Positions 23,796 through 29,280 of a DNA stretch of 29,280 nt are shown here, piece after piece. This stretch comes from Armatimonadota bacterium. GTDB lineage: Bacteria; Armatimonadota; UBA5829; DTJY01. The stretch lies in the NCBI GenBank assembly GCA_035686805.1, contig DASRZD010000350.1, forward strand, positions 1 through 29,280, given 5' to 3'. Below the pieces are notes generated by a model, which was not told the origin of the DNA, did no database searches, and was given only the letters and a program-made list of their open reading frames with translations. Position 1 is the first letter of the stretch; each line of letters starts with the position of its first letter. The translations under genes were made by a program, and so were the position numbers.

Positions 23796-24677
23796 ATGAA
23801 ACAGTCTGGAATATATGTGATCCAGCCATTCAAAGAAGAATATGAAAGAGTCTTTGCTCTGGTCGCGTCAGCCGCCGCTAAAGTCGGTGTTCCAGCATCT
23901 AACGCAGCATCTTGGCCATTGCAAACTGGTGACATAATGGGGAGGATTCATGAAGCGATACGAACAGCAGATCTCTTGATCGCAGACGCGTCGAACGCGA
24001 ATCCGAATGTCATGTATGAGATTGGCTTTGCTCAGGCGGAGAACAAACCGCTGATTTACATTGCAAGCAGTAGCAGGGTTGTTCCCTTTGACCTTGCTGG
24101 ATACCGTTTCTTAATATATGATCTGGTCAGCCCTACTGAGTTCGTGGATCGACTTGCAAATGCAATTCAGCAAGCACTCAATGAGCCCCAAGCTTTCACT
24201 CTCCCTCGAATCTCTGCCGAAAGAGACAAGCGTCAAAATGTATTTATCAGCTATAGCCATCATGATCGGGAGTATCTGGATCGACTATTGGTTCACCTGA
24301 AACCTTTGGAAAGAGAAGGTCTGGTGGACCTATGGGTGGATACTAGGCTTAAAGCCGGTGATCGTTGGAAAAAGGAGATAGAGAAGGCTCTGAACAGGGC
24401 GACCGTAGCTATTCTGCTAGTAAGCGCGGACTTCCTCGCATCCGATTTTATTACCGGCAATGAATTGCCTCCAATTCTGCGGAACGCAGAGGAAACAGGA
24501 ACTAGAATCGTTCCCGTCATCGTCAAGCCATGCAGGTTCATGCGTGATAAGAGCCTGCGGCACTTCCAAGCGATCAATGATCCAAAGGAATCGTTGATTC
24601 TCCTCAATCCAGGCGAGCAAGAAGTATATTACGATTTGGTGGCTGCGGAAGTTGAAAAAACACTACAGAGAGGCTAG
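23796..24677 (+). CDS. Fusion protein: N-terminal nucleoside 2-deoxyribosyltransferase/SLOG-like Rossmann domain + C-terminal TIR domain
   Basis: The start is ATG 23796-23798 with AGGAGG (23785-23790) 5 nt upstream; the track's GTG 23775 is less likely. N-terminal half: IYVIQPF...IHEAIRTADLLIADASNANPNVMYEIGFAQAENKPLIYIAS, an NDT-like signature. C-terminal half: NVFISYSHHDREYLDRLLVHL...GDRWKKEIEKALNRATVAILLVSADFLASDFITGNELPPIL...IVPVIV, a bacterial TIR signature. It includes the conserved Glu at the position of the NADase catalytic residue (GAA 24462-24464). Confidence 0.8.
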   Translation: MKQSGIYVIQPFKEEYERVFALVASAAAKVGVPASNAASWPLQTGDIMGRIHEAIRTADLLIADASNANPNVMYEIGFAQAENKPLIYIASSSRVVPFDLAGYRFLIYDLVSPTEFVDRLANAIQQALNEPQAFTLPRISAERDKRQNVFISYSHHDREYLDRLLVHLKPLEREGLVDLWVDTRLKAGDRWKKEIEKALNRATVAILLVSADFLASDFITGNELPPILRNAEETGTRIVPVIVKPCRFMRDKSLRHFQAINDPKESLILLNPGEQEVYYDLVAAEVEKTLQRG

Positions 24678-24826
24678 TGCAGTTCCGCCAGAGTAAAGCC
24701 GAATACTCAGGCTGCCACTCTTGGTATCGTTCGAAGCCCGTGCACTCGTGACCATCTGCTGCTGGTCCCATGAACTCTCCGTTGACTTTTTGCCTCTTCC
24801 TGACGTATTGTTTTATAGGCACTAAG

Positions 24827-26572
24827 ATGATATTCGCGACGAAATCCCTTACTCGGCGATTGCTGCCGTTGTTTCTACTGATACTCGCCCTCCCCGTGAG
24901 GGCGGATGATTATACGCAGACCCTGAAGACGGCCGTCTCGAAGCTGGAGTTGGGCCAGTATGACGCGGCTGCCGGCGGGGCTGAGCAGCTCCTCATCCGC
25001 AATCAGAAAGATACCCTGGCTCATATGCTGCTGGGGGTCGTGTACCTGCACGTCGGCCGGTTCGATGAAGCCCAGGCCCAGTTGAAGCAAGTGACTGAGA
25101 ACAAGCCCGACGAGTGGCGGGCATATTATGCCCTCGGTCTGCTGGACGTCCTTCGCAGACGGCCCGCGGATGCCGACATCCATTTTGACTATGCCTGGAA
25201 ATTCCCCGAAGCCCGGCCCGAACTGTCGGCTCTGAGGGGATACCTGGCCTTTCTGGACGGCACGCCGCCCAAGCAGACGGGCGAGACTCCACTGGATAAG
25301 CAGACTGCCGGCATGGCGGCGCTGAAGGCGAAGAAGAAAGACCAGGCCAGGGCGCTCCTTTCCGATATTTTCAAGACGCCCGCCCCGCCGGGGTTTTTCG
25401 AGAATCGCCAGCCGATAGTGACTTTCGATCCCAAGCAGCCCATCGCTCTGCCCGGCGGCAAGCTCACCTGGAAGCCGGTCGCACCCAAGGATGCGCCCAC
25501 GGTCAACGGTGTCGTGACCCTCAAAGCCGATGCGAGCAAAGCCAAGGATACCTATTTCGTCATCGTGTACGTTGACGATGCCATGGCGGGCATGACGAAC
25601 TGCTATCCCTTCGAGTTCCAGTGGAATACCGCCAACTACCCGAACGGCCTGCATCGGATCAAGGTGGAGGCGAAGAACCAGGCAGGCGGCATCGTGAGCA
25701 CGAAGTCGGTATGGGTGACGATTGCGAACCTCGAGCCCAGAAACATTGCGCCTGCGGAACAAGGCGATGTGGCGGACCTCACTCAGCGGCTCTGGGACTG
25801 CATGAGGGTCGGCGAGTCCAAGAAATCCGCCCACTACCGGGTTGCCAGACTGGATCTGGAGGCTGGGGACACCAGGAACGCCATCAAGCAACTGGAGTAC
25901 GTTGCCGCTTACCAGGCGAACTACATGGATGCGACGAAGCTGCTCAATCGCCTTCGAGGCCGGAAGCTGGAATACTCCGAGATCAAGGAGGGCAAGCCCG
26001 GCGGGAAGAGGATCGCGCTTACCTTCGACGACGGCCCGAATGAGAATACGCCCGCGATGCTGGAAGTCCTGGACAAGCTGGGGGTCAGGGCGACATTCTT
26101 CATAGTCGGTTTCCGCGCGGAGGAGCAGCCGGCGCTCGTGCGGGCGATGGTTGCTTCGGGGCATGAGATCGAGAACCATACCTATTCCCATCCCAGGCTG
26201 ACCACCCTGACTCCCGATGAGGCCGAGGCCGAGGTCGCGAAAGGGGCGGCGGTCATAACCGCGATCACCGGCAGGTCCTCCAAATACTTCCGCCCGCCGG
26301 GAGGTCATGCGGACGCCGATACCAAGCAGGCGGCAGGACGCCAGGGATTCACGGGGGTCTTTTGGACACTAAGTGTGAGTGCGTTCGAGGGGGCGCGATA
26401 CGAGGCACTGGCCGACTATGTAATCAAGAACGCCACCGACGGCGCCATCATCGCCATGCACAACGGCGAGCCCGCCACGACCTCCGCCCTCCCGAAGATC
26501 GTCGAGGCACTGCGAGCGAAGGGCTTCCGGTTCGTGACCCTGTCCGAAATGGCCGACGGTTTGACGCACTGA
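24827..26572 (+). CDS. Secreted TPR / Ig-like / NodB-type polysaccharide deacetylase (CE4) fusion protein
   Basis: The C-terminal domain has all the NodB motifs I know: TFDDGP, HEIENHTYSHP, YFRPPGG and IIAMHNG. The N-terminal part is TPR-like helical repeats. The middle has an Ig-like beta segment (VVTLKADAS...HRIKVEAKNQAGG). I prefer ATG 24827 (MIFATKSLTRRLLPLFLLILALPVRA/DDY, a normal signal peptide) over the track's ATG 24770. Confidence 0.85.
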   Translation: MIFATKSLTRRLLPLFLLILALPVRADDYTQTLKTAVSKLELGQYDAAAGGAEQLLIRNQKDTLAHMLLGVVYLHVGRFDEAQAQLKQVTENKPDEWRAYYALGLLDVLRRRPADADIHFDYAWKFPEARPELSALRGYLAFLDGTPPKQTGETPLDKQTAGMAALKAKKKDQARALLSDIFKTPAPPGFFENRQPIVTFDPKQPIALPGGKLTWKPVAPKDAPTVNGVVTLKADASKAKDTYFVIVYVDDAMAGMTNCYPFEFQWNTANYPNGLHRIKVEAKNQAGGIVSTKSVWVTIANLEPRNIAPAEQGDVADLTQRLWDCMRVGESKKSAHYRVARLDLEAGDTRNAIKQLEYVAAYQANYMDATKLLNRLRGRKLEYSEIKEGKPGGKRIALTFDDGPNENTPAMLEVLDKLGVRATFFIVGFRAEEQPALVRAMVASGHEIENHTYSHPRLTTLTPDEAEAEVAKGAAVITAITGRSSKYFRPPGGHADADTKQAAGRQGFTGVFWTLSVSAFEGARYEALADYVIKNATDGAIIAMHNGEPATTSALPKIVEALRAKGFRFVTLSEMADGLTH

Positions 26573-26589
26573 TTCCTCTCTCGTATAAT
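26561..26589 (+). promoter_or_regulatory. Near-consensus sigma70 promoter overlapping the 3' end of the deacetylase gene
   Basis: TTGACG (26561-26566), an exact 17-nt spacer, then TATAAT (26584-26589). The predicted start near 26596 lies immediately 5' of the 26600-26665 hairpin. Confidence 0.6.
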
Positions 26590-26599
26590 ATGCAAGCAA

Positions 26600-26665
26600 G
26601 GGGTTAGGTTATAGGTTCTGGGTTTTGGGGCGCCCTACAACCTAAAACTCAAAACCTAAAACCCC
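26600..26665 (+). repeat. Segmented palindrome: four tandem 7-nt units (GGTTnnn) facing four inverted units (CnnAAAC)
   Basis: Read directly: ggggtta ggttata ggttctg ggttttg ggg cg ccctacaac ctaaaac tcaaaac ctaaaac ccc. GGGG...CCCC closes the stem. It ends 3 nt before ATG 26669. Confidence 0.7.
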
Positions 26666-26668
26666 AGG

Positions 26669-28957
26669 ATGACTATGCCAGAGCTAAAACACGAGCAATC
26701 CTTACTCACTTTTGAGCTGTCCAACGGAGCGCACATTCCAAAGGTATGCCTGGAGAACAAGCAGGTCGTCCTCGACGGGACGGACTTCCTCGTGTTGCGA
26801 ACTCGCGAAGCCGAGATTCCCGTGCTGATCACTCAAGTCACCGGCCGAGAAGTGATCGAGCTGGAGGGCGAGTTCCCGGGGATGCCTGACCTAAAGATTC
26901 AGGTTAAAGTATTGGCGGCAGGGGACTATGCGCCGAGGTTCGACTGGCATATTCAGATAACCAATCTTGGCAGCGACCTCGAATGCGGATTCAGAGTGTG
27001 CTTTCAGGTAGCGGACAAGGGCATCCCTCGATGGATGATTCCCGCCATGTTCTACAAGCACAATCGCCCGGAGAACTGCGTCCGCCGATATCCCCGCTAT
27101 TCGCCGAATGAGAACAAGCCCGAGGAGTTCGTTTCGAGCTACTGGGCATTCAGGTCCGACCGATCCTCGTGCCCGGCGGTCTTCTGCTGGACCGATAACT
27201 ATACCTCCTGCCTCGCAACGCCGGCGCTATTCGCCCAAAACGATTTGAGCGGACTGGCATTTCGCGGTGACGATAGCGGGACGTTCATTATGCTGGATTT
27301 CCCCTATGTCGAAGAGCCGGTGAAATACAGCTTCTTCCGCGAAGATGGGATCGCGCCCGAGAAGACCTATACCGCAGTCCTCCAAAACGGCTCGACGGAG
27401 TTCAGTTTTTCCACCTTCGTTGACGAGCGAGACCTCCATGCCTACGACGGCCTGGTCCGCGACCTCTACGATGAATCCGAGGACGAGACCAACCCCTGGC
27501 TCACGAAGCTCGATGCGGAGGATTTGCTTGCCCATGGACTTCGCCGCTGGCATTATGATCCCGAGCACAAAGTCCTTTATGAGACGTGCGCCTTCGACAA
27601 GTACTTCGGCAAGGGCGAGGGGCAGGTTGATCGCCCGCACATGCACGTCGCGTGGGTGAGCGGCGCTCCTTATGCCTACGCCCTCTGGAGGCATGGGCAG
27701 GAGTTCGGCAAGCAGGATCAGGTGGACGCCGGCCTCTCGGTGCTGGATAAGATCGCGGACGAGGGGATTTCGCCGTGCGGATTGTTCTGGCCCGAGTGGA
27801 CGCTCGAGTCGGGGTGGGGGACGGGCTGGAATCCGAACCCTGAGTGGATTCAGGCTCGGACGGTCAGCGAATGCGCGTGGTTCTACCTCAAGGCCCTCGA
27901 CTTTGGGAAGGGTCTCGGGACGAGTCGTCCGAACTGGGAATCGGCGGTTCGAAGCAACCTCGAAGCCGCCTTGAAAGTCCAGCGCCAGGATGGGAACTTC
28001 GGCTCTTACTATAACGTAAAAACCAGGGTAGTTGAGGAATGGGACGGGGCCGGCGGGCTGATGTGGATTCCTGCCCTGCTTGCCGGCGCGAAGTACTTCG
28101 GCGAGGGCAAGTATCAGGATGCCGCCGTCAAAGCCGGCGAGTACTACGCCCGGTTCGTGGAGGACGAGTATATCTACGGCGCTCCCGAGGACGTCCATCT
28201 GACGCCGACCTCCGAAGACGGCTATAATGCGGTGATCGCGTATGTCCATCTTTACGAGGCCACGAACGATAAGCGATGGCTCGAACTGGCAAAATCGGCG
28301 GCGGACTGGACTGCCACCTTCCGATGGATATACAACACGAAGTTCCCGGAAGCCAGCATTCTTGGAGAGTACGATTTTCGAACGCTCGGCGGCGACATAG
28401 CTTCGCCGTCGAACAACCATCTCCATAACTACGGCTTGATATGTCATCCCGAGCTACTGAGGCTCTGGCAGTATACCGGCGACACCTACTATCTCAGCCG
28501 AGCGGCGGATCATCTGGCGTGTTTTCACCAGTTCATCGCCCGGCAGGATGGGGATTTCAATGCCAGGATGGGCATGATCACCGAGCAATGGTTCCATACC
28601 GACTGGACCCATGCGAAGGGCTCGATGCTTCAACTGGCGCATGCCTGGTGTGCGGGGCTGATCCTCTATGCCAATGCATATACCCGGGAGTTCGGCGAGA
28701 TCATCATTGATGCCGAGAGCCGCGAGGTCTACGCCCTTGACAGCGTGTGGATCAGGTCAACGGAAGAGGTGGACTCGGACGTGGTCCTGACGCTTGTGAA
28801 TCCCTCGCTCAGAGATCTGAAGATGTCAGTCCGCCATTCGGCCCTGGGGCTTGTCGGGACTGTGGAGATCGGCGGTCTTGAGGAGATCCGCTTGCGCATT
28901 GGCGGGACTCAGCCGAGCGTCGAGGTTCTCAGCCCGGAGAGCGAGTTATGGACATGA
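26669..28957 (+). CDS. Hypothetical protein, probable alpha/alpha-barrel carbohydrate-active enzyme
   Basis: 762-aa ORF with coding-like composition. The C-terminal half is rich in regularly spaced aromatic/helical segments (GNFGSYYN, GGLMWIPALLAGAKYF, YNAVIAYVHLYEATND, HLHNYGLICHPELLRLWQYTGD) reminiscent of (alpha/alpha)6 hydrolase/epimerase folds. The function is not established. The start is ATG 26669 or ATG 26675. Confidence 0.6.
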   Translation: MTMPELKHEQSLLTFELSNGAHIPKVCLENKQVVLDGTDFLVLRTREAEIPVLITQVTGREVIELEGEFPGMPDLKIQVKVLAAGDYAPRFDWHIQITNLGSDLECGFRVCFQVADKGIPRWMIPAMFYKHNRPENCVRRYPRYSPNENKPEEFVSSYWAFRSDRSSCPAVFCWTDNYTSCLATPALFAQNDLSGLAFRGDDSGTFIMLDFPYVEEPVKYSFFREDGIAPEKTYTAVLQNGSTEFSFSTFVDERDLHAYDGLVRDLYDESEDETNPWLTKLDAEDLLAHGLRRWHYDPEHKVLYETCAFDKYFGKGEGQVDRPHMHVAWVSGAPYAYALWRHGQEFGKQDQVDAGLSVLDKIADEGISPCGLFWPEWTLESGWGTGWNPNPEWIQARTVSECAWFYLKALDFGKGLGTSRPNWESAVRSNLEAALKVQRQDGNFGSYYNVKTRVVEEWDGAGGLMWIPALLAGAKYFGEGKYQDAAVKAGEYYARFVEDEYIYGAPEDVHLTPTSEDGYNAVIAYVHLYEATNDKRWLELAKSAADWTATFRWIYNTKFPEASILGEYDFRTLGGDIASPSNNHLHNYGLICHPELLRLWQYTGDTYYLSRAADHLACFHQFIARQDGDFNARMGMITEQWFHTDWTHAKGSMLQLAHAWCAGLILYANAYTREFGEIIIDAESREVYALDSVWIRSTEEVDSDVVLTLVNPSLRDLKMSVRHSALGLVGTVEIGGLEEIRLRIGGTQPSVEVLSPESELWT

Positions 28958-29280
28958 GCGACAGGCCGAGGATAATGGTGATCGGTTCGAGCAACACCGA
29001 CATGTCGGTGAAGACGGACCATCTGCCTCAGCCGGGTGAGACTATTCTCGGCGGGAAGTTCTTCATGGCCCATGGCGGCAAGGGGGCGAATCAGGCCGTC
29101 GCCGCCGCCCGGCTCGGTGGAGAAGTGACGTTCGTCGCGCGAATCGGATCGGACATATTCGGCGACAACGCGATAGAAGGTTTTGAGAAGGAAGGCATCG
29201 ACACCCGGTTCATCGTTCGCGATGCGGACGAGCAGTCGGGGGTCGCACTGATATTCGTGGACCGGGAGGGCGAGAACGTG
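28954..29280 (+). CDS. rbsK: Ribokinase (PfkB family), N-terminal part; continues past the window end
   Basis: My translation is MSDRPRIMVIGSSNTDMSVKTDHLPQPGETILGGKFFMAHGGKGANQAVAAARLGGEVTFVARIGSDIFGD... It carries the ribokinase signatures VIGSxNxD and GGKGANQAVAAARLG. The ATG overlaps the upstream TGA (ATGA). Confidence 0.85.
   Translation, partial: MSDRPRIMVIGSSNTDMSVKTDHLPQPGETILGGKFFMAHGGKGANQAVAAARLGGEVTFVARIGSDIFGDNAIEGFEKEGIDTRFIVRDADEQSGVALIFVDREGENV

Noticed and set aside
24782-24811. Possible promoter TTGACT-18-TATTGT upstream of ATG 24827.
   Set aside because: The spacer is 18 nt and the -10 is weak. It would leave a ~9-nt leader without an SD. I kept it only as weak support for preferring the 24827 start over 24770.
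22418-24826. I asked whether the low-GC islet is a recognisable mobile element.
   Set aside because: I could not find an integrase, transposase, tRNA target, or flanking direct or inverted repeats by eye. Horizontal origin is suggested only by composition and context.
24875-26308. Long antisense ORFs in the track. Examples: 24875-26308 minus (477 aa), 27227-28447 minus (406 aa), 2005-3018 plus (337 aa), 669-1391 plus (240 aa), 9779-10534 minus, 13138-13875 plus.
   Set aside because: Each lies entirely inside a gene with strong family motifs on the opposite strand. They are Arg/Gly/Pro/His-rich with no recognisable motif, and they have no SD. These are typical shadow ORFs of high-GC DNA.

Overview
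This is a high-GC bacterial chromosomal window. Hand counts of sample 60-nt lines give about 58-63% GC in most genes. No tools were used: all calls come from reading the sequence and the ORF track, and all domain assignments are motif recognition from memory that needs HMM confirmation. I support 23 protein-coding genes and one gene relic. I found no rRNA, tRNA, CRISPR array, integrase or transposase. Layout: (1) 1-3399, minus strand, housekeeping genes: two Gfo/Idh/MocA oxidoreductases, pyrE, and a lone 2-oxoacid dehydrogenase E2. (2) 3653-17379, minus strand, an essentially gap-free 13.7 kb glycosylation supercluster. It holds an ArnT/PMT-like GT-C enzyme, a GT2 polyprenyl-phosphate-sugar-synthase-like enzyme, a 57-aa relic of a seventh paralog, and six tandem paralogs of a TMTC-like (GT-C membrane domain + TPR) protein. 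Three of the paralog junctions carry an identical 79-nt programmed overlap. (3) 17526-22411, minus strand: a clan GH-A-like glycoside hydrolase translationally coupled to a secreted protein of unknown function. (4) 22514-24677, plus strand: a low-GC islet (42-47% by hand count) with its own near-consensus promoter. It encodes an HNH nuclease fused to an unassignable ~300-aa domain, followed by an NDT/SLOG-like Rossmann domain fused to a TIR domain. This is my best candidate for an undescribed conflict (anti-phage) system. (5) 24827-29280, plus strand: a TPR-Ig-NodB polysaccharide deacetylase, a 762-aa probable alpha/alpha-barrel protein, and the start of ribokinase. Three intergenic gaps hold unusual hairpins. 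Each is built from 4+4 inverted tandem 7-8-nt units with a different unit sequence but the same architecture.
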